From Lachnospiraceae bacterium (GTDB taxonomy: Bacteria > Bacillota > Clostridia > Lachnospirales > Lachnospiraceae), in contig BLLT01000001.1 of assembly GCA_011958945.1 (NCBI GenBank), positions 122-64,121 on the forward strand: a stretch of DNA of 64,000 bases, in the 5' to 3' direction. The position numbers and the translations under genes were made by a program. Positions 19,501-30,098 of the stretch are shown one piece after another. Each line of letters begins with the position of its first letter. The stretch's first letter is position 1. The notes under the pieces are model-generated. The model worked only from the letters and a program-made list of their open reading frames with translations, did not search any database and was not told the DNA's origin.

Positions 19501-22500
19501 GAGCCGGAGACAGCAGCGGAAGAAATATCGGAAACACTGCAGACGGTGGAAAACGGACAGGAAGAAATACCGGAAACATGGCAGACGGAGGAAAACGGGC
19601 AGGAGGAGATACCGGAAGCATGGCAGACGGAAGAAAGCGGGCATGAAGAAACAGCAGAAACACGGCAGGAACAGGAAGATACGCAGGAAACGGCAGAACG
19701 TGTGGAGGGGGAGATATTAAACTCTGACGGGAGCGTGGCAAAGCCCGTTGCGGGCAGTCTGTTCCCGGAAGCTCTGCGGCAGGTAGAGGCAATGGACGAG
19801 GATCTGCGTGATGCGCTGGAAATCTATCTGACAAAATGTTCCGCAGTCGTGCCGTACCAGCCGTTTTTGGTTATGGTAGCAGAAAGCAGCCTGCCAAAAG
19901 AGGATAAGCTGTATTTCTTAAACCGCACCATAAACCATATGGAGGATAAGGAGCAGACAAAGGCATACCATAACAATGCCTACGGTTTGGTGGAGTATAT
20001 CCAGAGCAAAGATGCTTTCATGGCGGATCTCAAGACACGGGACGGGGAGAGGAAGAAGTTTTCTGCAACCTATGAACAGCTTTATTCCATAATGGAATAC
20101 CTGATCCGGGCGAAATCGTTTGTCATACAGCGGAACATCAATGAATATGTGGCGGAATATGCCAGAACGCCTTATGAGAAAAAATCCGCCTTAGAAAAAC
20201 AGTTTGAGGACAAGGTTCAAAACCTCAAAAACAGGCAGCGCAAAGGAAACTTCCATTTTGGGGACGAAGAACTGCCAAAAGGCGGGCAGAAAACGAGATA
20301 CCAGTGGAATGTGGAGGCAATCCGGCTGTTAAAGCAGATAGAGCGTGAGGACAGGACTGCCACGCCGGAAGAACAGACGGTGCTTGCCCGGTATGTGGGA
20401 TGGGGCGGCATAGCGCAGGCTTTTGACGAAAGGAATGAGGGCTGGCAGAAGGAGTATGCGGAACTGAAAGAGCTTCTTTCCACGTCGGAATATGCGGACG
20501 CAAGGGAGACAGTCAACACGGCATTTTACACTTCCCCCGTCATCACGCAGGCAGTTTACGGTGCATTGGAAAAATTCGGTTTCAAAAAAGGGACCATATT
20601 AGAGCCGGCGCTTGGCGTCGGTCATTTTTTTGGAACGCTGCCAGAATCCATGCAGGAAAGCAGGCTCTATGGCGTGGAAAAGGACGACATCAGCGGGCGG
20701 ATCGCAAAGCTGCTGTACCCGAAAGCACAGATAAAAGTAAGGGGGTTTGAGGAAACACAATACCCTGACAACTTTTTCGATGTTGCGGTGGGCAACGTGC
20801 CTTTCGGGGATTACAAGCTGTATGATGCGAAGTACGCAAAGCATAATTTCCGCATCCACGATTACTTTTTCGCAAAGGCGCTGGATAAGGTCAGACCGGG
20901 CGGCATTGTGGCGTTCATCACAAGCAAGGGAACGCTTGACAAGGCGAACCCTGCGGTAAGGAAGTACCTTGCGGAACGGGCGGAGCTGCTCGGCGCAATC
21001 CGCCTGCCCAACACGGCTTTCAGGGACAGTGCGGGAACCGATGTCACAAGCGACATCATATTCCTGCAGAAGAGGGAGCGCAAGATTGTGACGGAGCCGG
21101 ACTGGGTGCATCTTGGCAGGACGGAGGACGGCATTGCGGTCAATTCCTATTTTGCGGAACACCCGGAAATGATGCTCGGAACAATGGAGTACGATACACG
21201 CATGTTCGGCAATGGCAGCAAATACACAAGCTGCATCAACCATGACGAAAACTTTGACCTGAAATCCGCACTTGAAACGGCAGTAGGGCAGCTTTCCGGC
21301 AGGATAACCGACGTGGCGGAGCTTGCGGCGGAAGAGGAAAAAACGGAGGACATCATTGAAGCAGATCCCGACGTGAAGAATTATACTTATACCTTTGTGG
21401 ACGGAAAACTCTATTACCGTGAAAATTCTGTCATGTACCGAAAGGAAGTATCGGCAACGGCGGAAGAACGAATACGGGGCATGGACGAAATCCGCACGGT
21501 CACAAGACAGCTTATCTTCATACAGACGGAAGGGTGCAGCAGTGAGGAACTGGCGGCACAGCAGAAATTACTCAATGAAAAGTACGATGCCTATGTGAAA
21601 AAATACGGACCGCTGACCGGAAGGGGGAGCCAGCAGGCATTCCGTGACGATGCGGATTATCCGCTTCTGTGTTCCCTTGAGGTCGTGGACGAGGACGGAA
21701 GGGTGGAAAAAGCGGATATGTTCTACAAACAGACGATCCGTGCGAAGAATCAGGTGGAGCGTGTGGAAACGGCGGTGGAGGCGCTGAACGTGTCCGTCAA
21801 TGAGTTTGGGACGGTCAATATCCCGTTCATGTTAAGCATTTATGAGCCTGACATCAGCAAAGAGATGGAAAGCCTGCCGGAAGGCAGCACACTCTCACCA
21901 GATGCGGAAGCGGAAGTAAAGAGGGCGGTACTCTTAAAAGACCTTGAGGGGCTTGTGTATCTGGAACCAACGGAATACAACCCTGACAACCTGAACACGG
22001 GATGGAAAACGGCGGATGAATACCTGTCCGGCAACGTGCGTGACAAGTTAAGGATTGCGGAAGTGTACCAGAAAGAGAACCCGGAATTATTCGGTATCAA
22101 TGCGGAAGCACTGAAAAATGTGCAGCCGGAACGCCTCGATGCGTCGGAAATCGACGTGCGTATCGGAACCACATGGATCGAACCGCAGGATTATGAGCAG
22201 TTCATCTATGAGCTTTTGAAAACACCGCCCAGAGCAAGGGCTATGCGGACGGAATGGAGCAGCACGGGCATACAGGTAAAACTCAACACCTACAACATGA
22301 ACTGGTTCATTGATGGGAAACGGCATGACAACCATTCCATCGCCGCAACGGAGACTTACGGCACGAAGCGGATTGATGCCTATTCCATTTTTGAGGAAAC
22401 CTTAAACCTGCGCACGGTTACAGTCCGTGACAGGATAGATGACGGGGGCGGGAAGTACCACTATGAGGTAAATAAGAAGGAAACCATGCTTGCAAGGGAA

Positions 22501-25209
22501 AAGCAGAACCAGATGAAGGAGGCGTTCAAAAGCTGGATATTCAAGGATCAGGAACGGCGGCAGAAATATGTGGATTATTACAATGAGACATTCAACAATA
22601 TCCGCCTGCGGGAATATGACGGCTCACACCTGACATTCCCCGGCATGAACCCGGAAATCAAGCTGCGTGACCACCAGAAAAACGCAATCGCAAGAGTCCT
22701 TCTCGGAGGCAACACCCTGTTAGCGCACTGTGTAGGGGCAGGGAAAACATTTACCATGATGGCGGCATGTATGGAACAGCGGCGGCTCGGTCTTGCCAGC
22801 AAGAATGTCATCGTAGTGCCGAAGTCCATCGTGGGGCAGACAGCGGGGGAGTTCATGCGGCTGTACCCGTCCGCAAATATCCTTGTGGCAACGGAGCGTG
22901 ACTTTGAGAAGAGCAGGAGGAAGCAGTTTGTGTCCCGTATCGCAACCGGGGACTATGACTGCATCATCATGTCCCACTCGCAGTTTGAGAAGATACCAAT
23001 TTCAAAGGAACGGAAAGAGCGTATGCTGCAGGCGCAGATACAGGAAATCTCTTATGCGATTGATGAAATCAAGGCGGAAAAGGGGGAGCAGTGGACCATC
23101 AAGCAGATGGAGGCACAGAAGAAAAAACTGGACGAACAGCTAAAGGAACTGACGGAGGAAAGCCGCAAGGATGACCTGATCACGTTTGAAGAACTGGGCA
23201 TTGATTCTGTCATGGTGGACGAGGCGCATCATTTTAAAAACTTGTCGATTTTCTCCAAAATCAACAATGTATCGGGCATATCCAGCACTGGTTCCAAAAA
23301 GGCAATGGACATGTACCTGAAATGCCAGTACCTCGATGAGATTAATGATGGCAGGGGCATTGTGTTCGCAACCGGAACCCCGGTAAGCAATACCATGTGC
23401 GAACTGTATGTCATGCAGCTTTATCTTCAGAAGAGGACGCTGGAGCGCATGGGAATTTACCATTTTGATTCATGGGCGGCGAATTTCGGTGAAGTGACAA
23501 CCGCACTGGAACTGACCGTGGAAGGCAGCGGGTTCCGCTTTAAGAGCCGTTTCAACAAGTTTACAAACGTGCCGGAGCTTATGACTTCATTCCGTGAGGT
23601 GGCGGACGTGCAGACTTCCGATATGTTAAACCTTCCGGTTCCCGCATTGAGGAGCGGCAAGCCGATCATCGTGGAAAGCGAGCCGGACTGGTATGTGAAG
23701 CAGGTCATGGAAGAATTTGCGAAACGTGCGGAAAGGATACATGGCGGCGGCGTTGATCCGAAAGAGGACAATTTCTTAAAGATAACGGGGGAGGCAAGGC
23801 TTTTAGGAACGGACGCAAGGCTTCTGGAACTGGATGCGCCGAATAACCCGGACGGGAAACTGAATAAGGTAGCAGCAAACGTGGCAGCCGAATATTTTGC
23901 CGGGAATAAGGACGGTAAGATCGGCTGCCAGCTTATTTTCTCGGACATCGGCACACCGAAAACGGCATGGACGCCGGACTGGGCGGAGTGCATAAAGAAC
24001 GGCGGGCAGTTTGACATTTACAATTACCTGAAAACCGAACTGGTAAAACAGGGCATCCCGGCAGAGGAGATTGCTTTCATACACGACGCAAAAACTGACG
24101 CACAGCGGGAGGCGCTTTTCAAGGATATGAGGAGCGGAAAAAAGAAGATACTGATTGGTTCCACGGATCAGTGTGGGACGGGCGTAAACGTGCAGGCGCA
24201 CATCACGGCAATGCACCACGTAGACTGCCCGTGGAAGCCCTCATGTATAGAACAGCGTGAGGGGCGTGGCGTAAGGCAGGGCAACGAGAATGATGAGGTG
24301 GCAATCTACCGCTATGTTACAAAAGGGACATTTGACGCATATTCATGGTCGTTGGTGGAAAACAAGCAGCGTTTCATTTCGCAGGTTATGACAAGCAAGG
24401 CTGTGTCAAGAACCTGTGAGGACATTGACGAGGCAACCCTTTCCTATGCGGAGATAAAAGCCGTAGCGACGGGCAATCCGCTGATAAAAGAAAAAATGCA
24501 GCTTGAAAACGATGTGCAGCGGCTGAAAATGCTGAAAAGCAGTTATGACAGCCAGAGGTATTCCCTGCAGGACAACTTCATGATCCGTTACCCGAAGTTA
24601 ATAAAGGCGGCAACAGAGAAACTAGACTGTGTGCGTGAGGACACAAAGACAGCAGAGGCGGCGCTCATTGCGGAACCGGATTTTGCGATTACCGTGGACG
24701 TTGCCGGAAAAAGCACAAAATTCACGGAGCGCACGGACGGCGGGACATTCATGCTGCAGGCGGTCAGCCAGTGCAAAACCGGGGAAATAACCCATATCGG
24801 AAGTTTTAAAGGGTTTGAGCTTCTTGTGGAGAAGAACTTCATCGGGGTAAACAACATGGTGCTGCGGGGAAAGACCGACTACAAGACGGAGCTTTCCACA
24901 AGCCCCGTGGGTAACATGGTAAAGCTGGAAAATCTTTGCCACGGCATACAGGTCAATATCCCGGAACTGGAAAAGCGCATCGAGCAGTACCAGCGTGACA
25001 TGGAGCAGTCAAAGCAGGAATACGAAAAGCCTTTTACACAGGAAGAGGAACTGAACGAGAAAGTGGCACGGTTAAACGAACTGAACGTGCAGTTAGACTT
25101 GGAGAACGGAAAGACCGAAGATGTAGATCTCTGCGAAACACAGGACAATGCAAGGGTAGCGGAACCGGGAAATTACCACTGTGTTCCGCCCGGAAAGGAG
25201 GGAAGATGA
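16525..25209 (+). CDS. Polyvalent conjugative-element protein: ArdC-like N domain, disordered linker, several helical domains, N6-adenine methyltransferase domain, SNF2/DEAD-type helicase
   Basis: 2,894-aa uninterrupted ORF. Methylase motif VGNVPFG (~20787), helicase Walker [11 protein letters not shown] (~22717), DEAHHFKN (23218), helicase-C QCGTGVNVQ (~24170). Confidence 0.9.
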   Translation: MSADTKTSKLYDAAIDEVTASGQAWKSICRLTGRLYRYEFDNILMVYKQRPRATLIADFDTWKMVGRYVRRGSKGIAIFPSRALKPGMRYVFDISDTGGRESRLTWELDRNTMKAYAGWLRDKEGIVPMEKEGAALPEGKESDKSFLKDFTERQIGVIMDSEFGERITEFVNLAGNKQITENGRAQEITAGEALKRSVMYAVFTRCGFDLSTEKQDFSFITAFTTEEEVYRLGSLLSDISCEVLRGIANDLKQMEERSIADGRDNIDVSRGSGRDAVPGPHGTGGNGEHDELREIRSEGDGVPEGEPQQQIPDAAEVRETGGEDAGSGGRGEPDDGRAGGQLLEEQPAEGQKLDNGDVAATPAGEDAGRGDRDERNRDEVPLEESGQQTEDSEQQNIRKTELDREIEQELNEINSLGSSDTQKGSYEQASFLIAQNGDMKLPEEYSYQKPEQALTVPHEYVKQVLMRGGVYSGSKKRIYAAFQDISDPGERVKAIRREYGQGGAGWPLEGDGLHGYDTFSSKGLRFQWREGGMEKEGYVNWKAIERELGALIMTGEYYIPPKAFDPDKVSAAVWQEVMDEFFQNSFWSPIPNMLLYEVFTKDLPMSDKAQFIERMFCKSPYAASISNNFENEYGRCNIEQTNEGIFIEYFDGEGTKWKTELDWWDCAAYVESMIADGVYQIEAPYSEIDSMLKENSAVSWIEILKEDTDKYLSEDAGRHQQNRLDTIQEVLEAKGLQERLEVTWDDAYDEIIASDGETVWHGRQFYDYLFEEVLEFGEIRRDSKLTFQVQMQLEHDRYSSHNPEKTESILRKTSGLAEPAAEEAEKQEENLWLEPLKGYFNKEIQYISVKTLIYDIFTTNLNMESKAGFLASVYGEQWEGFFMSEYTDNPYGKCKISRDKDGIEISYPRADGGEGKKRVDYRYCADLILHMIEENDYLTEGIFERFKEAPKAFTAMPWFMEIYHEYKERMLQEPDFVAVSIDGQEEERQEGQEPETAAEEISETLQTVENGQEEIPETWQTEENGQEEIPEAWQTEESGHEETAETRQEQEDTQETAERVEGEILNSDGSVAKPVAGSLFPEALRQVEAMDEDLRDALEIYLTKCSAVVPYQPFLVMVAESSLPKEDKLYFLNRTINHMEDKEQTKAYHNNAYGLVEYIQSKDAFMADLKTRDGERKKFSATYEQLYSIMEYLIRAKSFVIQRNINEYVAEYARTPYEKKSALEKQFEDKVQNLKNRQRKGNFHFGDEELPKGGQKTRYQWNVEAIRLLKQIEREDRTATPEEQTVLARYVGWGGIAQAFDERNEGWQKEYAELKELLSTSEYADARETVNTAFYTSPVITQAVYGALEKFGFKKGTILEPALGVGHFFGTLPESMQESRLYGVEKDDISGRIAKLLYPKAQIKVRGFEETQYPDNFFDVAVGNVPFGDYKLYDAKYAKHNFRIHDYFFAKALDKVRPGGIVAFITSKGTLDKANPAVRKYLAERAELLGAIRLPNTAFRDSAGTDVTSDIIFLQKRERKIVTEPDWVHLGRTEDGIAVNSYFAEHPEMMLGTMEYDTRMFGNGSKYTSCINHDENFDLKSALETAVGQLSGRITDVAELAAEEEKTEDIIEADPDVKNYTYTFVDGKLYYRENSVMYRKEVSATAEERIRGMDEIRTVTRQLIFIQTEGCSSEELAAQQKLLNEKYDAYVKKYGPLTGRGSQQAFRDDADYPLLCSLEVVDEDGRVEKADMFYKQTIRAKNQVERVETAVEALNVSVNEFGTVNIPFMLSIYEPDISKEMESLPEGSTLSPDAEAEVKRAVLLKDLEGLVYLEPTEYNPDNLNTGWKTADEYLSGNVRDKLRIAEVYQKENPELFGINAEALKNVQPERLDASEIDVRIGTTWIEPQDYEQFIYELLKTPPRARAMRTEWSSTGIQVKLNTYNMNWFIDGKRHDNHSIAATETYGTKRIDAYSIFEETLNLRTVTVRDRIDDGGGKYHYEVNKKETMLAREKQNQMKEAFKSWIFKDQERRQKYVDYYNETFNNIRLREYDGSHLTFPGMNPEIKLRDHQKNAIARVLLGGNTLLAHCVGAGKTFTMMAACMEQRRLGLASKNVIVVPKSIVGQTAGEFMRLYPSANILVATERDFEKSRRKQFVSRIATGDYDCIIMSHSQFEKIPISKERKERMLQAQIQEISYAIDEIKAEKGEQWTIKQMEAQKKKLDEQLKELTEESRKDDLITFEELGIDSVMVDEAHHFKNLSIFSKINNVSGISSTGSKKAMDMYLKCQYLDEINDGRGIVFATGTPVSNTMCELYVMQLYLQKRTLERMGIYHFDSWAANFGEVTTALELTVEGSGFRFKSRFNKFTNVPELMTSFREVADVQTSDMLNLPVPALRSGKPIIVESEPDWYVKQVMEEFAKRAERIHGGGVDPKEDNFLKITGEARLLGTDARLLELDAPNNPDGKLNKVAANVAAEYFAGNKDGKIGCQLIFSDIGTPKTAWTPDWAECIKNGGQFDIYNYLKTELVKQGIPAEEIAFIHDAKTDAQREALFKDMRSGKKKILIGSTDQCGTGVNVQAHITAMHHVDCPWKPSCIEQREGRGVRQGNENDEVAIYRYVTKGTFDAYSWSLVENKQRFISQVMTSKAVSRTCEDIDEATLSYAEIKAVATGNPLIKEKMQLENDVQRLKMLKSSYDSQRYSLQDNFMIRYPKLIKAATEKLDCVREDTKTAEAALIAEPDFAITVDVAGKSTKFTERTDGGTFMLQAVSQCKTGEITHIGSFKGFELLVEKNFIGVNNMVLRGKTDYKTELSTSPVGNMVKLENLCHGIQVNIPELEKRIEQYQRDMEQSKQEYEKPFTQEEELNEKVARLNELNVQLDLENGKTEDVDLCETQDNARVAEPGNYHCVPPGKEGR
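17306..17671 (+). CDS. Embedded +1-frame ORF encoding a TnpV-like small protein (121 aa)
   Basis: AAAGGAG (17291-17297) lies 8 nt before ATG 17306. Product pattern [25 protein letters not shown] resembles TnpV of clostridial transposons. G/C-ending codons dominate in this frame. Confidence 0.5.
   Translation: MAEITLTYHEGADGMLYPDLTAPEETVSMTNLGKFAVRAMEYLKENHNSRYRTLQRFGKLAEKMQEVEDEANRMMDELEGSYLKNNPPKDKNSTMEMWQLRQQARMQAEEIVMNEIVMKFH
19519..19686 (+). repeat. 42-bp (14-codon) in-frame tandem repeat, 3 good copies plus 1 degenerate copy, inside the polyvalent ORF
   Basis: Units at 19519, 19561, 19603 and 19645. They encode EEI(S/P)E(T/A)(L/W)QT(V/E)ENGQ-type acidic repeats. Confidence 0.85.
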
Positions 25210-25838
25210 TACGGAAAATCTTGGCGGCAATATTTATTACGGCGGGACTGGCGGCTATGTCAGTCCCCCTTTTCTATCATTTCTACGGGAGTCATAAAAC
25301 CGACAGGCTGATAGAGCAGTTTGAGCAGAGCGTGGGACAGGAGCATATGGAGGATGATGAAAAAGAGGAAGAAAGAAAAACGGAGACGGCGGCGGATACC
25401 CAAGCCCCCATTAGTGAAGAGGATGCAGCCCTGCTTTCGTCCGGGGACGTGATCGGTCTGATCGAGATAGAAGCCTTAGACCTGAAATATCCCATCGTGG
25501 AAGGGGCAGACAGTAAACAGCTTGCTTATGGGATCGGGCATATCCCTGACACGGCGGCAGCCGGCAGCAAGGGGAACTGTGTGCTTGCCGGACACAGGGG
25601 GAGCAGGTACGGAACTTATTTCAAATACCTTAACAGGCTTGCGGAGGGCGATGTGGTAAGGATTACGGATAAAGAGGGAAACGTGCATCTGTATGAAGCC
25701 GTTTCATGGGAAGTCGTGGGACCGTATGACAATTCCGTGAAAGCACAGGGGGAAGAAAGGTCGCTTACCCTGCTGACCTGTGAGAACAGCGGGACAATGC
25801 GGCTGATTTACCACTGTATCTACAAGGAGGGCGAATAG
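25206..25838 (+). CDS. Sortase-family transpeptidase
   Basis: N-terminal TM anchor, VLAGHRG (His) and LTLLTC (TLxTC Cys) motifs. ATGA overlap with the upstream stop. Confidence 0.8.
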   Translation: MIRKILAAIFITAGLAAMSVPLFYHFYGSHKTDRLIEQFEQSVGQEHMEDDEKEEERKTETAADTQAPISEEDAALLSSGDVIGLIEIEALDLKYPIVEGADSKQLAYGIGHIPDTAAAGSKGNCVLAGHRGSRYGTYFKYLNRLAEGDVVRITDKEGNVHLYEAVSWEVVGPYDNSVKAQGEERSLTLLTCENSGTMRLIYHCIYKEGE

Positions 25839-25839
25839 C

Positions 25840-26307
25840 ATGGAAGAAAGCAGCAGGAAGTACCAGTTTGGCATGGTGGAGGATATTCTGCGGGAATGTG
25901 AAGCCGAGCCAATGGAACCGGACAGGCAGACGGAAATAGACGGCGGCATACTGCTGACCAGCGGTATCCATGTCTACCTGCCACGCTATGGGGTTAACGT
26001 GCATGAAGGTTTTTTCTGCCACATGGAAGAGGGGCGGATTGTACCGCAAAATATGCTGACTGTCATTTATGACAGGACAGATAAGGAATATCTGTATGAT
26101 GCGGAAGAAAACTTCGTAGATACGGTATATGAATGGATTGACGGGCAATGCACACCGGAACAGTTGGAACAGGAGCCTTGCGAAGTAAAAGGGATCAGGA
26201 AGGAAATCGTCTATGGAAAAGGCATACAGACTGGGGGAAGTGGAAGAAACCCTTGCGGAGATGGAACAGCTTGCAGAAGTACCGGACGACATCATGGAAA
26301 GCGATGA
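25840..26307 (+). CDS. Hypothetical protein, paralogue of 26213..26602
   Basis: Shares (V/I)H(V/I)..P..G(V/L)N(V/L)HEG(F/I)(F/Y)C and flanking segments with the next ORF. The last ~30 aa overlap that ORF and look low-complexity, so the true 3-prime end is uncertain. Confidence 0.5.
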   Translation: MEESSRKYQFGMVEDILRECEAEPMEPDRQTEIDGGILLTSGIHVYLPRYGVNVHEGFFCHMEEGRIVPQNMLTVIYDRTDKEYLYDAEENFVDTVYEWIDGQCTPEQLEQEPCEVKGIRKEIVYGKGIQTGGSGRNPCGDGTACRSTGRHHGKR

Positions 26308-26602
26308 GGATTACCAGATCGTCATCAGCGGATGGCAGGTGCATATCCCAGAACTGGGGCTGAACCTGCATGAAGGCATCTATTGCAATTATGACGAGGA
26401 GAAGGGCGGCTATCTGCCCGACTTTGCGGTAACCGTCGTGAAAGAGGAAGGGCAGGACGAATGGCTTTACTATGAGCAGGACGGTTTTCTGATAACCCTT
26501 GCGAATTTTCTGCATGGAAAAACAGATTTGGATTTAGGGCAGTTGGGACAATTATCCTGTTTTATCCGTATGCCGGATGGAAGCCTGCCAGCGGAAGAAT
26601 GA
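26213..26602 (+). CDS. Hypothetical protein, paralogue of 25840..26307
   Basis: 129-aa ORF with SD-like AGGAAGGA ~9 nt upstream. Confidence 0.5.
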   Translation: MEKAYRLGEVEETLAEMEQLAEVPDDIMESDEDYQIVISGWQVHIPELGLNLHEGIYCNYDEEKGGYLPDFAVTVVKEEGQDEWLYYEQDGFLITLANFLHGKTDLDLGQLGQLSCFIRMPDGSLPAEE

Positions 26603-26687
26603 ACCTGCCCTGCATTTTGACAGAAAAGGCAGTTCAGATAACAAAATAACATTTTATTGTCCGGAAAGGACAGAAAAGGAGGAACTT

Positions 26688-27356
26688 ATGGAGTATTCAA
26701 TCCAGTTAAACGCAGTAAACAACCCGGATAAGAATGTGAGGGCGTTTGCAACCCTCGTGTTCGGGGACAGCTTCAAGGTCACGAATGTAGCAGTGATTGA
26801 GGGCAGCAAGGGCAATTTTGTATCCATGCCCAGTTTCCGCACAAAGGAGAGGGACGAGTACAACAACCCGGTCTATAAGGACGTGTGCAACCCAATCACG
26901 AAGGAGTTCCGTGAGGAATTGTACGGGGACATCTTAAAGCTCTATGAGGAAATGGAGCAGACAGGCAAGGCAGAGGTCAAAATGGAGGCAGAGGAGCCGG
27001 AAGAACCGGAGTTCACGGTAAGGGTAACGCCTTTTGAGCGTGAGGGCAGCAACATGGTAGGTCTTGCGAGCATCGTGCTGAATGACAGCTTTGCGGTAGG
27101 CAATTTGAGCGTGGTGCAGGGCAAAAACGGAATGTTCGTGGCAATGCCGTCCTACAAGGCTGGCAACAAGTACAGGGATGTATGTTTTCCAATCACAAAA
27201 GAGTTCCGGGAAAGGCTCAATGATGCGGTTCTGGATACTTACCAGCAGGCAAAAGAACAGGCGATGCAGGAGGGACAGGAACGTGCCACGCAGCAGATGC
27301 AGACCGATGACAGGGGATTTATGAAAGTCAGCGGAGAGCCGCTTCCGTTCCGCTAA
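26688..27356 (+). CDS. Tandem double SpoVG-domain protein
   Basis: ATG 26688 after AGGAGG. Two copies of the SpoVG-like pattern: (A/S)..VF/VLxDSFxVxNxxVxxGxxGxFVxMPS..RDVCxPITKEFRE. Confidence 0.8.
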   Translation: MEYSIQLNAVNNPDKNVRAFATLVFGDSFKVTNVAVIEGSKGNFVSMPSFRTKERDEYNNPVYKDVCNPITKEFREELYGDILKLYEEMEQTGKAEVKMEAEEPEEPEFTVRVTPFEREGSNMVGLASIVLNDSFAVGNLSVVQGKNGMFVAMPSYKAGNKYRDVCFPITKEFRERLNDAVLDTYQQAKEQAMQEGQERATQQMQTDDRGFMKVSGEPLPFR

Positions 27357-27417
27357 ACAGCAGAAATCATCTGAAAGGGCAGGGCGGGAAACCGCCCTGC
27401 AGAAAGGGGAAAGAAAA

Positions 27418-28311
27418 ATGGAAATGACAGAAAATGTGCAGCTTACAAAGGAACAGAATGTCATGGAACTGCTTGAACTGCTCCGCAAAAATAATATGAA
27501 AGAGGCTGCAAACAGTATCTTTGAGATGGCAGCGTATGTCGATGTGATGGAGAATAAGATGGATTCCGTCTTGGAGGAACTTGTGACGGTCAAAGACCAG
27601 CTTCATAAAATGGAGGAACGGGAGGCGGAAAAAGGGCTGAAACAGTCACTTAAAAGGGCGGTAAGCAAGCTGGAAGAGGATTGTCAAGCTATAAAAGAAA
27701 AGCTGTCAGAAGTCAAGGCAGAAATCAAGGCAAAGGCAGGGGAGATTGTAACGGCGGCAAAGCAGAAAGGGAAAGCCGCATTGAACAGGGTGTCGGAGTT
27801 TCTTGGGATTAAGAAGAAACTGGAAAATATCCGCCAGAATGTGCAGGAGTCCATAGAGGATGTAGATAAGAGCATTGGGAAGATTGATGCTTTCGGCAAG
27901 GGAATGAGGGAAGCCGGACAGAAGATTGCTAATACTTTCCGTACCTTTGCGGATAAACCGGAAAAGGAATACGGGGAAAAGAAGTTCTCAAAGACGGAAC
28001 TGATTAAGAAGCCTTTTCAGGCAAAGAGAAAACTGCTGTCCGGTATACTAAATTGCGCAGATGCCGCAATACAAAAGACGGAACGGCTTGCCGCAGAGGT
28101 AAAACAGTACCAGACGGATAAGGAAGGACAGAAGTGTGAGAATGTTGGCAGTGCGGAGCCTGTAAACCCTTTGGAGCTTGCAAGTGTGGCAGAGCCGGAG
28201 TTCCAATATGGGGCAGAGGCTTTTGAGGTACACCAGCAGAAGGCAGAGATAACAGCGACTAAGGATAAAGTAACAAAGAATGAGCCTGTAAAGAGTGGAA
28301 AAAGCCGATAG
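27418..28311 (+). CDS. Hypothetical coiled-coil protein
   Basis: 297-aa ORF, K/E-rich helical sequence. Last gene before a strong terminator. Confidence 0.55.
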   Translation: MEMTENVQLTKEQNVMELLELLRKNNMKEAANSIFEMAAYVDVMENKMDSVLEELVTVKDQLHKMEEREAEKGLKQSLKRAVSKLEEDCQAIKEKLSEVKAEIKAKAGEIVTAAKQKGKAALNRVSEFLGIKKKLENIRQNVQESIEDVDKSIGKIDAFGKGMREAGQKIANTFRTFADKPEKEYGEKKFSKTELIKKPFQAKRKLLSGILNCADAAIQKTERLAAEVKQYQTDKEGQKCENVGSAEPVNPLELASVAEPEFQYGAEAFEVHQQKAEITATKDKVTKNEPVKSGKSR

Positions 28312-28319
28312 AGAAAAGT

Positions 28320-28361
28320 CCTCTTGAATTGACTTAGGTTTGATTCAAGGGGATTTTTTTA
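28320..28361 (+). terminator. Rho-independent terminator closing the conjugation/accessory operon
   Basis: CCTCTTGAAT..ATTCAAGGGG stem followed by a run of 7 T. Base composition becomes visibly AT-rich downstream. Confidence 0.7.
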
Positions 28362-28447
28362 ATACGATAGAGTTGTTTTAATGACTATTATAATAAATAC
28401 TCCAAATTTTGCCGATTTGTTGTATAATAGCAAGAGGAGGAGCAGAG

Positions 28448-29503
28448 ATGGGAAAGGAAAAAAATGACAGTCCTTTTTTGGAAAAATTCATGCTGCCGCC
28501 AGACGACTATGAAATATTCAAATTTGGCGGAAGCTCCCTAAAGGACGAAGAACGTGGTATTAAAACCATGTTAAAGTATTTTTCTTCCTATTTTACGGAA
28601 GAACAGCTAAAAGAGAATATGGTAAGATACAATTTGCAGACAATGTTTGATATAGTCAAAAGGTACTTTGCAAAGGAATATGGTTATACCGGAACAGAAA
28701 TTGAATTGAGCAACTTATATCAAAGCTCAATTAACAGTTATATTTATAATGACAGGGTAAATCCGGCATTCGTACATATTGATGAGTTGTTTGAGTCAAC
28801 TGTAATGGGGTTCCTGCTGGCAATGTTTAAATGGTCTAAGGATTTTGAGAATCTGGAGACATATGGAGAGTGTTTTAAATATGTATTATTCTTAATGAAT
28901 GATGTGTGCATATTTGGGGAAATGCAGGGCATGGATGCGAATCATGCGTTAATGGATACCTTAAATGGAGATATTCAGATACTTCAGCTTGCTGAGGACT
29001 GCTATTGGACAATCGTTGTATTCAGCCTGGCACATGAGATTGCACATGCATATCTGGCATCTATTGGCAGGAGATATGCCAAAGAGCATCCTGAAAAGGA
29101 AGAATATGATGCCGATATGATAGCTTACCATATTGTATTGAAGATTATCATGGAAGAAAAAGGTTCAGATACTATTCTTGAAGAATATACTTATCTGGCA
29201 CCGATGATATATATGGACTTTTTTGATCTGTATTACTATACAGACAGGGTATTGTATAAGACAGTTTTCCATGACTGGCAGCATCCGGCACCAGTAAAGC
29301 GAAAGAATCGGTTATTTGCAGTTGCTGATAAAGATGATTATGATTTTGATACCGTAGATGGAAACCATTTGTATAGTGGTTTTCTGGATGTATATGATGA
29401 ATTTAAAGATCAGCTTCTTATGAAAATGGAGAGGGGAAAACTGGATAAGATTCTGTGGACAGAAAAGAGAGAACTTATGAGGAGGAGAGCTGAGAATGAC
29501 TAG
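28448..29503 (+). CDS. HExxH-motif protein, putative zinc metallopeptidase-like (ImmA/IrrE-like motif spacing)
   Basis: ATG 28448 after AGAGGAGGAG, with TATAAT at 28423-28428. Motif LAHEIAHAY followed ~20 aa later by EEYDADMIAY. Confidence 0.55.
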   Translation: MGKEKNDSPFLEKFMLPPDDYEIFKFGGSSLKDEERGIKTMLKYFSSYFTEEQLKENMVRYNLQTMFDIVKRYFAKEYGYTGTEIELSNLYQSSINSYIYNDRVNPAFVHIDELFESTVMGFLLAMFKWSKDFENLETYGECFKYVLFLMNDVCIFGEMQGMDANHALMDTLNGDIQILQLAEDCYWTIVVFSLAHEIAHAYLASIGRRYAKEHPEKEEYDADMIAYHIVLKIIMEEKGSDTILEEYTYLAPMIYMDFFDLYYYTDRVLYKTVFHDWQHPAPVKRKNRLFAVADKDDYDFDTVDGNHLYSGFLDVYDEFKDQLLMKMERGKLDKILWTEKRELMRRRAEND

Positions 29504-30065
29504 AAAAGAGGCAATGGAATACAATGACAGCTTGAAAAAGGAATTAGAGCAGACTGCATTGAAGTGTGGCTTAGAGAAAACAGCGGGCACTTACATAGTG
29601 GACAATTATATTACCGTGCTACCGGAAGATGCAAGAAAAGGCATGATATTCTTGGGAGAAGACTCTGCATCTTATAAGATGGGTAATATAAAAATTGATT
29701 TGAAGAAAGCGGTCATAGCCGGATTAGAATTTGCAGCATCTATCAGCAAACCGGAGAGTGTATTCAATTATATCCAACTGATAATTGTTTCTGTATTTTT
29801 TATTGAGAATTCTACAAAACATGAATTAAGCAGGCTGGAAGCTTATGTTATTTATCTATTGCATGAGAAAGGCGCATATAATACCGGAGTCGAAGAGGAA
29901 CGGTTTATCAGAGAAGCGCAGGAATGGTATCAACAGAAGGAAGGAAAGGCTGTTGCGCGGGAAGAGGTTGTAGATGCCATAAATAATATGTATGAGATAA
30001 AAGCGGCGGATGTTGATAGTGGAAATATTTGTCTGAAAGAGCATGTATGGGGAACGGTAGAATAA
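29496..30065 (+). CDS. Hypothetical protein (possible C-terminal winged-helix-like region)
   Basis: 189-aa ORF overlapping the upstream gene by 8 nt, with AGGAGGAGAG upstream. No family recognised. Confidence 0.5.
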   Translation: MTRKEAMEYNDSLKKELEQTALKCGLEKTAGTYIVDNYITVLPEDARKGMIFLGEDSASYKMGNIKIDLKKAVIAGLEFAASISKPESVFNYIQLIIVSVFFIENSTKHELSRLEAYVIYLLHEKGAYNTGVEEERFIREAQEWYQQKEGKAVAREEVVDAINNMYEIKAADVDSGNICLKEHVWGTVE

Positions 30066-30098
30066 TGCTTTCAGTTTGAGTGGAAATGGAGTGGTTGT

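Noticed and set aside
19519-19686. Possible CRISPR-like array because of regularly spaced repeats
   Set aside because: The units are directly contiguous with no spacers. They are in frame within a long CDS and their length (42 bp) is a multiple of three. This is a coding tandem repeat.
19030-19834. ORFs 19352..19720 (+), 19030..19644 (-) and 19460..19834 (-) with extreme K/R- or F/L/P-rich products
   Set aside because: They are alternative-frame or antisense readings of the acidic 42-bp tandem-repeat region of the giant ORF. Their low-complexity composition is explained by the repeat.
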